Shown here one piece after another: positions 21,359 through 31,169 of a stretch of DNA of 64,000 bases. The translations under genes were made by a program, and so were the position numbers. The notes under the pieces were generated by a model that did not search any database, was not told where the DNA came from, and saw only the letters and a program-made list of their open reading frames with translations. The stretch's first letter is position 1, and the number at the start of each line of letters is the position of its first letter. Origin of the DNA: a virus. The stretch spans positions 1 to 64,000 of the IMG/VR virus record IMGVR_UViG_3300042402_002055. One strand, 5' to 3'.

Positions 21359-21802
21359 ATGCCATTATCACCAACAGGAACAATATCATTTGCAGACATA
21401 AATGTAGAATTAGGAAGAGGTTCTACGACTCAAATTGGGCTTAATGAAGCAGAAGCCGGAACTTATGGAACAATTAATACAAATAGTTCTTCTAGACCAG
21501 ATGGTTCAACTCCAAATTCAATAAATGAATGGAGAGGGTATAATCATTATGCACAAGCATTAACTTTATATCAAGGTGCTGGTAGAGGAAACACACCTGC
21601 AAGTGCTTGTAATGATACGGAAAATCTTAGAAACTTCTATTCAAATTGTGGCCCATTTGAATTAGGTATTGGGTGCACAATATATACTGATACATTCCCT
21701 AATCCATTAATAGGATATGATTATGTAGTATTAGAGGGGTCAACATATAGTCTTTATAGTGGTAATGGACAAATATCAGGTCTCGCGGGTGAACAATGTT
21801 AA
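21359..21802 (+). CDS. Small fibre-associated (tip) protein
   Basis: MPL..TG.ISFADIN.ELGR N-terminus, often seen beside S74 fibres; Cys-containing C-terminus. Confidence 0.55.
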   Translation: MPLSPTGTISFADINVELGRGSTTQIGLNEAEAGTYGTINTNSSSRPDGSTPNSINEWRGYNHYAQALTLYQGAGRGNTPASACNDTENLRNFYSNCGPFELGIGCTIYTDTFPNPLIGYDYVVLEGSTYSLYSGNGQISGLAGEQC

Positions 21803-21856
21803 AAATAAATCTATTTACAAATCATTTATAAGTTATACTTATACAAAAGTAGATAT

Positions 21857-22306
21857 ATGCCATTACAATCATCAGGACAAATATCATTCGCAGATATAAA
21901 TACAGAATTAGGTAGAACATCGGATGCTCAAATTGGACTTAATGAAGCAGAATCTGGCACTTATGCACCACTAAATCCAAATAGTCCAAATCGTCCAAAT
22001 GGTTCAACTCCAAATTCAATAAATGAATGGTGGGGATATGACCATTATATTCCACCATTAACTGTGTATACAGGATGTGGTAGGTCAAATACAATCACTG
22101 GTGTATGTGATGATTCAACTAATGCAAATAGAATATTTTATTCAGATTGTGGCCCATTTGATTTTGGTGTAAATTGTTTTGTGTATATTGATACAAGTGC
22201 AACTCCATTACAAGGTTATGATTATGTTTATATCAATTCATTTACATGGCAAATAAACAATAGTACAGGCCGTATTATAGCATTTGCAGAAGACCAACCA
22301 TGTTAA
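21857..22306 (+). CDS. Small fibre-associated (tip) protein, paralog of 21359
   Basis: Aligns along its whole length with the previous ORF. Confidence 0.55.
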   Translation: MPLQSSGQISFADINTELGRTSDAQIGLNEAESGTYAPLNPNSPNRPNGSTPNSINEWWGYDHYIPPLTVYTGCGRSNTITGVCDDSTNANRIFYSDCGPFDFGVNCFVYIDTSATPLQGYDYVYINSFTWQINNSTGRIIAFAEDQPC

Positions 22307-22349
22307 AAATAAATCTATTTACAAATCAACTTATTTAGTATATATTTCT

Positions 22350-22857
22350 ATATTTATAAGGGTATAAGCAATTTCTTATACTTTAACTAAAAAAAAGAGT
22401 AAACTAAAATGGGACTTAAATTTAGACGTGGTAGTACCGCACAACAATCCGGTTCATTAGCATTCGGAGAACCATATGTGAATACCACATTGGGAACATT
22501 AGTAGTCGGTGGTGCTACTGGTGACATCGTATTATCATCAGCAGGTACAGGAAGTACTGGAAACTTCGGAGCTATTTCGGGTTCTGGATTAGACATTACC
22601 GGAAATGCAAATATCGGTGGTAATTTATCAGTAGGTGGACAATTAACAATTGGTGATAACACATCGGACACAATTAATGTAGTAGCATCTTTAAGTTCTT
22701 CACTTATTCCTCAAACAACAAATGTATTTGACTTAGGTTCTGCAAGTAAAATTTGGAGAGACCTTTATATATCAACGGGTTCAATTAAATTTGTAAATCC
22801 AGCCGGAACAGTTGTATCGACACTATCTGTTAATGCAGATGGTTCTCAAACTTTTCC
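22350..22857 (+). repeat. Direct repeat copy 1 (promoter, 5' UTR and fibre N-terminus); copy 2 starts at 24110
   Basis: Near-identical DNA at offset 1760 for about 265 bp, then continued similarity. Confidence 0.9.
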
Positions 22858-24109
22858 AAGTGATTTAATCGTTAATGGATTAACGGTAGGTAAAGGATTA
22901 AATTCGGGATCTACTAATACTGCAGTAGGGGTAAGTGCATTAGGTGCAAATACGACAGGTACTACTAATACTGCCATTGGCCACACTGCCTTACAAAATA
23001 ATACAACAGGTGTTTCTAATACTGCAATTGGTGCATGGACTTTAACTGCTATTACAACGGCAAACGCTAATACTGCCGTTGGTTGGGGTGCTTTAAGATA
23101 TAATACTACTGCTAATTCAAATACTGCAGTAGGTTCAGGTGCCATGCAAAATAATACAACAGGTAATGGTAATACTGCAGTAGGAAATGCATCTCTAGCA
23201 ACAAATACAACAGGTGTTAATAATACGGCTTTAGGTACAAATGCTTTGGCTGATAATGTTGGTAATTATAATGTTGGTGTAGGTGCACTTGCATTAAGAC
23301 TAAATGTAAGTGGTAGTAGTAATATAGCTATTGGACATTCTGCTTTAGAATGGCATACCACAGGTCAAGGCAATACTGTAATTGGTGATACTGCAGGAAA
23401 TTTAATTACTACGGGTTCTTACAATACAATAATTGGTAAATATACAGGTGAAGAATCTTTATCTAATAATATAGTTTTAGCAGATGGACAAGGTAATATT
23501 AAATATCGTTGGGATGGAACTAATAATAATATTTATGGTAATGTAAATGTAAGTGGTTCTATTACTGGACAAATATTATCAACTAATGGTATAGTTTCGG
23601 GTTCATCACAAATAACATACGCAGATATTAGTTCAATACCAGCAGGAATAGTTAGTGGTTCATCTCAAGTAACACTATCATCAACGACTGGATATGATTC
23701 AGTATTAAACCAAGCAGTATTAACAACATCATCTCCAACCTTCACAGGTTTGACAATTAATGGAGCAATTACGGCAACGGGTGATATTACAGCATACTAT
23801 ACTTCGGATAAAAGACATAAACATAATATCGTATTAATTTCTGATGCGTTATCAAAGGTAACTAAATTGAATGGTGTAACTTGGGAATGGAATGATGATG
23901 TGAATGAAGTAACAAAATCAACTCCTAATACTGGTTTGATTGCACAAGAAGTTCAAGAAGTTTTACCAGAAGTGGTGAAAGAAAGAGAAGATGGTTTTTT
24001 AGCATTAGATTATTCAAAAATGATGGGTTTAATGATAGAAGCAATCAAAGAACAACAAAAACAAATTGATTCTTTATTAATAAAGATAAATCAACTGGAA
24101 AACAAATAG
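22409..24109 (+). CDS. Tail fibre with YadA-head-like NTAVG repeats and C-terminal S74 chaperone
   Basis: 14-aa NTA(V/I)G..AL..NTTG repeats; YTSDKRHK...GLIAQEVQEVLPE. Confidence 0.85.
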   Translation: MGLKFRRGSTAQQSGSLAFGEPYVNTTLGTLVVGGATGDIVLSSAGTGSTGNFGAISGSGLDITGNANIGGNLSVGGQLTIGDNTSDTINVVASLSSSLIPQTTNVFDLGSASKIWRDLYISTGSIKFVNPAGTVVSTLSVNADGSQTFPSDLIVNGLTVGKGLNSGSTNTAVGVSALGANTTGTTNTAIGHTALQNNTTGVSNTAIGAWTLTAITTANANTAVGWGALRYNTTANSNTAVGSGAMQNNTTGNGNTAVGNASLATNTTGVNNTALGTNALADNVGNYNVGVGALALRLNVSGSSNIAIGHSALEWHTTGQGNTVIGDTAGNLITTGSYNTIIGKYTGEESLSNNIVLADGQGNIKYRWDGTNNNIYGNVNVSGSITGQILSTNGIVSGSSQITYADISSIPAGIVSGSSQVTLSSTTGYDSVLNQAVLTTSSPTFTGLTINGAITATGDITAYYTSDKRHKHNIVLISDALSKVTKLNGVTWEWNDDVNEVTKSTPNTGLIAQEVQEVLPEVVKEREDGFLALDYSKMMGLMIEAIKEQQKQIDSLLIKINQLENK

Positions 24110-24614
24110 ATATTTATAAGGGTATAATGAATTTATTATACTTTAACTAAAAAAAAGAGTAAACTAAAATGGGACTTAAATTTAGACGTGGTAGTACCGC
24201 ACAACAATCCGGGTCATTAGCATTCGGAGAACCATATGTGAATACCACATTGGGAACATTAGTAGTAGGTGGAGCAACAGGCGACATCGTATTATCATCA
24301 GCAGGAACAGGAAGTACCGGAAATTTCGGAGCTATTTCGGGTTCTGGATTAGATATTACCGGAAATGCAAATATTGCAGGTAATTTAACATTAGGTGGAG
24401 CAATCACAATTGGTGATGCATCAGCAGATACTGTAAATGTTGTAGCATCTTTAAGTTCTTCACTTATTCCTCAAACAGATAATGTATTTGATTTAGGTTC
24501 TGCAACAAAAAGTTGGAGAGATTTATACATCTCAACAGGTTCAATTAAAGTAGTATCAAATGGTGCAGTTGTATCGACACTATCTACAAATGCGGATGGT
24601 TCTCAAACTTTCCC
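24110..24614 (+). repeat. Direct repeat copy 2
   Basis: See the repeat at 22350. Confidence 0.9.
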
Positions 24615-26145
24615 TAATGGTTTATACTCTCAAGCAAATATACAAATTGGAGATGGTTCATATCTAGACGCTGGTAAATTTCAAGTTGGTAGAAGAGGAA
24701 CTAGTCCTGACCAAAACGTTGTTTTAGGTATTGATGTAATGCCATTTTTGACAAGTGGTGTAGGTAATGTGGGTATTGGTAGACTTGCATTAAATAAATT
24801 AACAACTGGTACGTCTAATATAGGTGTTGGTGAAAGTGCAGGATATGGTATAAGTGGTAGTAATAGTCAAAATATTGCAATAGGATATGGTACTGCATTT
24901 AATATGACTGGTTCAAATGTGAGTCAGAACGTATTTTTAGGAACTAATGCGGGTACTTATCTGAATAATGGTATTTACAATACTGCAATTGGTGGTAATG
25001 CATTATTAGGTAGTATTGATTCTAATGATACCCCAACTAAAAGTACAGCATTAGGATATTCCGCAGGTGAATATTTAATAGGTAATAGTACAAACAACCT
25101 TTTATTAGGTGCAAATGCAGGCCCTAGTTCAGATACTACGGAAAGTTATAAATTGTATATAAGTAATGGTGATAGTGGTCAACAACCATTTATGCTTGGT
25201 AATATGGCAAATGATAGCAGAACATTATCTATCAATGCAGCAACAACTATAAGTGGTTCTGCGATTATTACGAATGATTTAGATTTGTACGGAAATAATA
25301 TTAATTTATATCACAACGGTACAACTATAATAAGTGGTTCTACTATTCAATTTAGATATGCAGATTTTAACTTGAATGGACTTAGACCACCTACACTTGG
25401 ACAAGGTTTAGCATTGGATTGGAGATATGGTGGAGTACCAACAGGAAGTGCAGGTGGTGCTTCGGTAGATTGGGTAATTGGTGGAACCGGTGTATCAAAT
25501 CATACAATGTTGAGTGGTCATCCAAACGGACTTAATGTTAATATAGCTCCTCAAACAGGTGGTACACTTTATCACGATTTATTATTCCCAAATAATACAG
25601 GTTCGGATTATCCAGGATACCAATATACATTCCCATCGGCAAATGGTACCATTGCTTTAACAACGGATTTAAGTTCAGGAGCAACTTCGATAACCGCTTT
25701 AAATTCATTCACTGCAAGTTTAAGTACTACATCAAATGTAAGATTTGGTTCAATCGGAGTTGGTATGGATGCAAGTGGAACATCTGGTAGAATTGATGCA
25801 GCAAATGATGTTGTAGCATTCTCTACTTCGGATATTCGTTTGAAAGAAAATATCAAACCAATTGAAAATGCATTAGAAAAGATTTCTAAGATTAGTGGTA
25901 ACACTTACGATTGGAGAGTAGAATTGAAAGATGTTCATGGATACGAAGGAAATGATGTGGGTGTAATTGCACAAGAAGTTGAAGCAGTATTACCACAATT
26001 AGTTCAAGACAGAGACAATGGATATAAGGCAGTTAAATATGACAAGTTAGTTGCATTATTGATTGAAGGTATTAAAGAACAACAAACACAAATACACTCT
26101 TTAACTTTAGAAATAGAAAAGTTAAAAGAACAAAAAGGTTTATAA
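24169..26145 (+). CDS. Tail fibre paralog with different central region and C-terminal S74 chaperone
   Basis: First ~69 aa identical to 22409; TSDIRLKENIK...GVIAQEVEAVLPQLV. Confidence 0.85.
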   Translation: MGLKFRRGSTAQQSGSLAFGEPYVNTTLGTLVVGGATGDIVLSSAGTGSTGNFGAISGSGLDITGNANIAGNLTLGGAITIGDASADTVNVVASLSSSLIPQTDNVFDLGSATKSWRDLYISTGSIKVVSNGAVVSTLSTNADGSQTFPNGLYSQANIQIGDGSYLDAGKFQVGRRGTSPDQNVVLGIDVMPFLTSGVGNVGIGRLALNKLTTGTSNIGVGESAGYGISGSNSQNIAIGYGTAFNMTGSNVSQNVFLGTNAGTYLNNGIYNTAIGGNALLGSIDSNDTPTKSTALGYSAGEYLIGNSTNNLLLGANAGPSSDTTESYKLYISNGDSGQQPFMLGNMANDSRTLSINAATTISGSAIITNDLDLYGNNINLYHNGTTIISGSTIQFRYADFNLNGLRPPTLGQGLALDWRYGGVPTGSAGGASVDWVIGGTGVSNHTMLSGHPNGLNVNIAPQTGGTLYHDLLFPNNTGSDYPGYQYTFPSANGTIALTTDLSSGATSITALNSFTASLSTTSNVRFGSIGVGMDASGTSGRIDAANDVVAFSTSDIRLKENIKPIENALEKISKISGNTYDWRVELKDVHGYEGNDVGVIAQEVEAVLPQLVQDRDNGYKAVKYDKLVALLIEGIKEQQTQIHSLTLEIEKLKEQKGL

Positions 26146-26148
26146 TAA

Positions 26149-27147
26149 ATGTATGATGTTTACTACACAACCGCTGGAGGGCCTTGGTTCAACAGTGGTG
26201 CAGATATGTGGGTAACCGAATGGATAAAAGAAGTGGCACCTCATTTAGAAGTTAAGCCACTTCTTTTGTTTCATAGAAAGAGACCCGATAATTATGAAGA
26301 ATTTCCAATTGATATAGACCATATTTGGGAAACCAATGAGTTAGATATTGATGAAATTCTAAAAGGTGCAAGAAACATTCATATATTACATGGACACTAC
26401 ACTCCTACGACCGCAATTCATAATAATTTAGATAGAATCAATTCAATTGTATTTCATAATTTGACAAAGGTATCAATGATGTCACAAATGAATAAAGATG
26501 AATATTTGCATTGGTATGGTAATTGGGAATGGGAAAGTGAATTGATAGATAAAATTAAAAATAAAGTTTGGGTAGGATTGTATCATTTTCCATACAAAAC
26601 GGAAAACTTACATCATATTCCAAACACATATCAGTTTACACATAATAAAGAATTAACAAATAATACTAAGATAGGATTTGCAGCAAGAGCAGAAGGTAGA
26701 AAGAATTTGGAATATATAGACGGAATTGATTCATACATATCTACAAATTCAGAAACATTCAACAAGTATTATAGAAAAAAATATGGATATAAATTTGAAA
26801 AATCAAAAGTTTACAAATTTGACCATAAACATAAAGAAAGATTTTACGGATTAGATTGGGGAATATCACATTCTTGTTTTGAAAATGAACCATTTGGATA
26901 TGGAATTTTTGAAGCAATAGATTGGGGCAAACTACCAATATTACATACAAAATGGGTAGACTTAATTGACTACAAATACAAAGCAGATAGTAAGGAAACA
27001 TTTAAAGAAACTTACGAAATAATTTGTAAAGATGACTATGAAACCCGTAAAGTTGAATTTGACAAACTTAAAAAGTGGATGATATCTAATTTCTCTAATA
27101 AAGATGTATGGAAACAAAAACTTTTAGATATTTATAACGGAGATTAA
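26149..27147 (+). CDS. Glycosyltransferase, GT-B fold (GT4-like)
   Basis: EPFGYGIFEA nucleotide-sugar-binding motif, R...RKN motif, N-terminal SGAD. Confidence 0.75.
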   Translation: MYDVYYTTAGGPWFNSGADMWVTEWIKEVAPHLEVKPLLLFHRKRPDNYEEFPIDIDHIWETNELDIDEILKGARNIHILHGHYTPTTAIHNNLDRINSIVFHNLTKVSMMSQMNKDEYLHWYGNWEWESELIDKIKNKVWVGLYHFPYKTENLHHIPNTYQFTHNKELTNNTKIGFAARAEGRKNLEYIDGIDSYISTNSETFNKYYRKKYGYKFEKSKVYKFDHKHKERFYGLDWGISHSCFENEPFGYGIFEAIDWGKLPILHTKWVDLIDYKYKADSKETFKETYEIICKDDYETRKVEFDKLKKWMISNFSNKDVWKQKLLDIYNGD

Positions 27148-27158
27148 TACATAAAAAT

Positions 27159-28874
27159 ATGCCAAGGACAAACTTATCATTAGGAAATTTATTTAGAGCC
27201 GTTAGTGGTTCTGCAAGAAGTGGACAAGTATCATTAGGTGGATTATCAGGAACTGCAAATAATAGTTCTTTGATTGGTTTTGCAACCGATTCAATTACAG
27301 TTACACCACCTACATTTACATATATAGTAGAGAGTACAACTGAAAATGCACAATTTACATTTAATTCAACAGGTTCTTTATTTTATTCAAAAGTACAACA
27401 ACAATTGAATAATTATACTTGTTCTTTTAATAATGCAAATTTTGCAACTGGTTCAAAATCATTTGGAACAGGTAATTCTGTTTTCCCAATAACTCCTGCA
27501 TCAATTAACTCATCTAACTATTCGGAAGCTGCCGCTACATTAAGTATGGCATATGCAGATGGATATAATTTAGCAGCAACAAACTACGGAACTACAACTA
27601 CAAAAGTATTATTTGCAGTTGATGTTTACAATACAATAAACGAACCAGATTTTTGTTTATTATTCGGTACACAAATCCAATTGGCAGATGGTACAATGGT
27701 AAATGTTGAAGATTTAAATATTGGAGACGAAATTAAATCATGGGTTCCTGCAGGATTACCTGATGAAACACAAGACCCAGAAAGTGACCAAGTTGAATGG
27801 AGATTTTATCACTCTGACGAATTATTAGGAACTACACAAAATGTAACAGTTAGTGATTTGACTTTTAATTTTGCAGAAGGATATTTTTCTTTAAATAATG
27901 GTTTAATAAAGGCAACTGAAACTCACCCACTATACGTTTGGGATAATGAGATTGGAAAATATAAGTTTAAGAATGTAGGTGATATTTTACCTGGTGATAG
28001 ACTTGTAATGCAAGATGAAACAGAAGTTGAAATAAGCAATATAGAAATTGTAAGAGAAGATGTTGAAATTGTAACTGTAAATGTGGAAAATGCCGATGTG
28101 TATATTTCAAATGGTTTAATTTCACATAACAAAGGAACAACAACTCAACCATCTATTCCTGCAAGTGGTTTAAGAATGTACTTAGACCCATCAAAAGCTG
28201 CATCTACAAATGGTACGGCAACAACTGACTGGTTAGATTTAAGTGGATATAATACGGGTGTAAGACCTGCCGGTGTTTCAAATGCAGCAGGTATTAGTGG
28301 TGGTAACCCATCATATAATAACGGAGCTAGTAGAAAAGAAAAATATTGGGCAGGAAATGGTACAAACCAATTCTGGTATAAAGATACTACGACTAATATA
28401 AATGGTGGTATTTCTCAATTTAATACTAATACTGGTACAATTCATATGTGGATTAGACCTACAACAACATTAGGTACAACTACAAGACACATTTTTGACT
28501 ACGCAGGTTTTTATGGTTTGGCAATAGAATCAACAGATAGCTCTACTTTAAATAGAATTCAATTTAGAGGTAGTTCATTAGGAAATAGTGGTCAATTTAC
28601 AACTTCATTATCATCAAATGTTTGGTATATGATTTCAGCAACTTTCCAACCTAGTGGTACAACAACAGTTTATGTGGATGGTAGTTCAATTGGAACATAT
28701 ACATCATCAGCATTTACTGCACCATCTAATAGTAACTTTGTAACAATTGGTAGTAATAGTGCAATAACAACATTTTGGAATGGCCAAATAGGACCAGTAT
28801 TGTTCTATAACACATTACAAACTTCGACATCGGTAACACAAACATATAATTATTTCTCTCCAACATATAAATAA
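27159..28874 (+). CDS. Virion protein with internal Hint domain and C-terminal LamG domain
   Basis: C166-LLFGTQIQLADG...T.THP...NGLISH-N324 Hint, followed by GLRMYLDP...WLDLSG...LamG. Confidence 0.85.
   Translation: MPRTNLSLGNLFRAVSGSARSGQVSLGGLSGTANNSSLIGFATDSITVTPPTFTYIVESTTENAQFTFNSTGSLFYSKVQQQLNNYTCSFNNANFATGSKSFGTGNSVFPITPASINSSNYSEAAATLSMAYADGYNLAATNYGTTTTKVLFAVDVYNTINEPDFCLLFGTQIQLADGTMVNVEDLNIGDEIKSWVPAGLPDETQDPESDQVEWRFYHSDELLGTTQNVTVSDLTFNFAEGYFSLNNGLIKATETHPLYVWDNEIGKYKFKNVGDILPGDRLVMQDETEVEISNIEIVREDVEIVTVNVENADVYISNGLISHNKGTTTQPSIPASGLRMYLDPSKAASTNGTATTDWLDLSGYNTGVRPAGVSNAAGISGGNPSYNNGASRKEKYWAGNGTNQFWYKDTTTNINGGISQFNTNTGTIHMWIRPTTTLGTTTRHIFDYAGFYGLAIESTDSSTLNRIQFRGSSLGNSGQFTTSLSSNVWYMISATFQPSGTTTVYVDGSSIGTYTSSAFTAPSNSNFVTIGSNSAITTFWNGQIGPVLFYNTLQTSTSVTQTYNYFSPTYK
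27654..28130 (+). other. Hint (intein-like autoprocessing) domain, 159 aa, without endonuclease
   Basis: Block A Cys, block B TxxH, terminal HN followed by Lys. Confidence 0.85.
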
Positions 28875-28944
28875 GAATTATTGTTTTGACATAAATTTTT
28901 ATATTTATAAGGAGAATTAATAAATTTAAATTAAAGCATATAAA

Positions 28945-31125
28945 ATGGCAGAAAAATTAGTATCGGCAGGTGTTTTCACAAGAGAAAATGACCTTTCATT
29001 CTTACAACAAGGTGTAGCAGATATAGGTGCAGCATTCATAGGCCCTTTCAACGAAGGTCCAGTAGTTCCAACAATCGTAAATTCACAAGCTGAGTTTACT
29101 TCATTATTTGGAGCAGCTGATGGAAAATATTATACTCCTTTAGCAGTACAAAACTATTTAAGAGAAGCAGGAACTGCAACAATTTGTAGAGTAGCAGGTG
29201 TTGGTGGATATACAGCAGGGAAACCATTGATGGTAGTAGGTTCACATGGTAATGTAACATCTTCACTTGCAATATTATTCCCAACAGGTTCTTCATTGAC
29301 AGGATTAAGTGGTTCAACAATTATATCAGACATTTCGGGTGGTGTAGTTGAATTAACAGATATCGAATCTACTTATGGAACATCTCCATTTGGTTCAAAA
29401 TCAGGATATGCTTATGGTGTATTTAAAAATACAGCTGTAACGGAATCAATCGCTACTGCAAGTGTAGTAATATTAGATGAACAAGACTTCACATTTGATG
29501 CACAAGAAGCATTGACACCGATGATTAAATCACAACAAATTAGTGGTGAAAGATACGACCTTTTCAAATTTGAAACATTGGGTGTTGGTAATTCTGCAAA
29601 TACAAAAGTAAAAATAGGTATTTCAAATATTAAAGCAGCTGGTTCAATAAACGGAACAGACTATGGAACATTTACAGTTGTAGTGAGAGATTTTAATGAT
29701 ACAAATAAGAAAAAGAATGTTTTAGAAACATTTGCAAATGTAAACTTAGACCCCAACTCCCCAAACTTTATTAGTAGAGTAATTGGTGATAGAAAATTAT
29801 CATTCGTTCCAAATTCAGATGGTAAAATACAAGAAGAAGGTGATTGGGTAAATACTTCAAAATATATTAGAGTTGCAAGCTTAAATGTAAACGCACCAAT
29901 TCAAGCAGTTCCATTCGGACATGCAGCTTATCAATTACCGGTTGTAGCTGGAGCAAACAATAGTTTAATTCCAGTAGTAACATTTGTAACTGCATCTGCA
30001 ACACAATATGGTGGTATTGATTTGGATTTCAATAATGATAATAAAGTATACTTAAAACCAATTCCAGTTTCTGCAACAATAGGTTCTAACTCTGTGTTTG
30101 GATTAGATGTAGCAAATGGAGGTTCATTATCAGTAGGTTCTACAACTGCACAATTCGTTGTAGCATTCCAAGAAGGGTTTGATGGTATGAGTCCATTAAC
30201 ACCTATTAATTTGGGTTCTGATATATCTCAAGGAAACACACAAGGATTTGATTTAACAAATTCCACATCAAATGGTTCCGTTGCATATATGAAAGCAATT
30301 AACGCTTTATCTAACGCAGATGAATTTGATATTAATATGGTTGTAGCACCTGGTGTTACAAAGAACGACCACTCATATATTCACACAGCAATTGTTGATA
30401 TGGTTGAACAAAGAGCAGATGCATTCTTTATTACTGAAATGGGTGATTCTGATTTAAGTTTAGAAACAACAATTACTAAAGCTAGTGAGTTGGATACTAA
30501 TTACGCAGCAACTTACTATCCTTGGATTAAAACAATCGATATTAATACAAATAAATTAGTAACAGTCCCACCATCGGTATTATTACCTGGAGTATTTGCA
30601 GCAAACGATAGAGTAGCAGCAGAATGGTTCGCACCAGCAGGTTTGAATAGAGGTGGATTGGTAGGAGCAGTTAGTGTATTAAATAGATTAACTCAGTCTG
30701 AAAAAGATGAATTATACGAAGGTAAAGTAAACCCAATCGTACAATTCCCAGGACAAGGTATTGTAGTATTCGGACAAAAAACATTACAAGATAGACCATC
30801 TGCATTGGATAGAATCAATGTTAGAAGATTGTTGTTAACTGTTAGAAAATACATAGCATCTACTTCAAGATTCTTAGTATTCGAACAAAATACTTCAACA
30901 ACAAGAAACACATTTTTAAATATTGTTAACCCTTATTTAGAATCAATCCAACAAAGACAAGGTTTGTACGCATTCCGTGTTGTAATGGATGAATCTAATA
31001 ACACTCCAGACGTAATCGATAGAAACATCTTAGCAGGTGCTATCTACTTACAACCAACTAAGACTGCTGAATTCATTCAAATTGATTTCAACATCTTACC
31101 AACTGGAGCAACATTTAACGGATAA
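28945..31125 (+). CDS. Tail sheath protein, gp18-like
   Basis: SAGVFTREND, WFAPAGLNRG, VVFGQKTLQ and LDRINVRRL motifs. Confidence 0.95.
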   Translation: MAEKLVSAGVFTRENDLSFLQQGVADIGAAFIGPFNEGPVVPTIVNSQAEFTSLFGAADGKYYTPLAVQNYLREAGTATICRVAGVGGYTAGKPLMVVGSHGNVTSSLAILFPTGSSLTGLSGSTIISDISGGVVELTDIESTYGTSPFGSKSGYAYGVFKNTAVTESIATASVVILDEQDFTFDAQEALTPMIKSQQISGERYDLFKFETLGVGNSANTKVKIGISNIKAAGSINGTDYGTFTVVVRDFNDTNKKKNVLETFANVNLDPNSPNFISRVIGDRKLSFVPNSDGKIQEEGDWVNTSKYIRVASLNVNAPIQAVPFGHAAYQLPVVAGANNSLIPVVTFVTASATQYGGIDLDFNNDNKVYLKPIPVSATIGSNSVFGLDVANGGSLSVGSTTAQFVVAFQEGFDGMSPLTPINLGSDISQGNTQGFDLTNSTSNGSVAYMKAINALSNADEFDINMVVAPGVTKNDHSYIHTAIVDMVEQRADAFFITEMGDSDLSLETTITKASELDTNYAATYYPWIKTIDINTNKLVTVPPSVLLPGVFAANDRVAAEWFAPAGLNRGGLVGAVSVLNRLTQSEKDELYEGKVNPIVQFPGQGIVVFGQKTLQDRPSALDRINVRRLLLTVRKYIASTSRFLVFEQNTSTTRNTFLNIVNPYLESIQQRQGLYAFRVVMDESNNTPDVIDRNILAGAIYLQPTKTAEFIQIDFNILPTGATFNG

Positions 31126-31169
31126 TTTAGAAAACAGATATTTATATAAAAGAATTAAAATAAAGTAAA

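Noticed and set aside
6424-24407. Long minus-strand and alternate-frame ORFs (e.g. 6424, 8476, 19907, 19948, 22387, 24147)
   Set aside because: They are shadows of repetitive Ser/Thr/Gly-rich + strand genes, with no motifs or promoters of their own
22350-26145. Diversity-generating retroelement (TR/VR pair)
   Set aside because: No reverse transcriptase in the window; the repeat covers N-termini, and the differences are mostly synonymous rather than adenine-specific
27654-28130. Mobile homing intein
   Set aside because: No LAGLIDADG/HNH insert, the +1 residue is Lys, and the host protein is not a conserved enzyme
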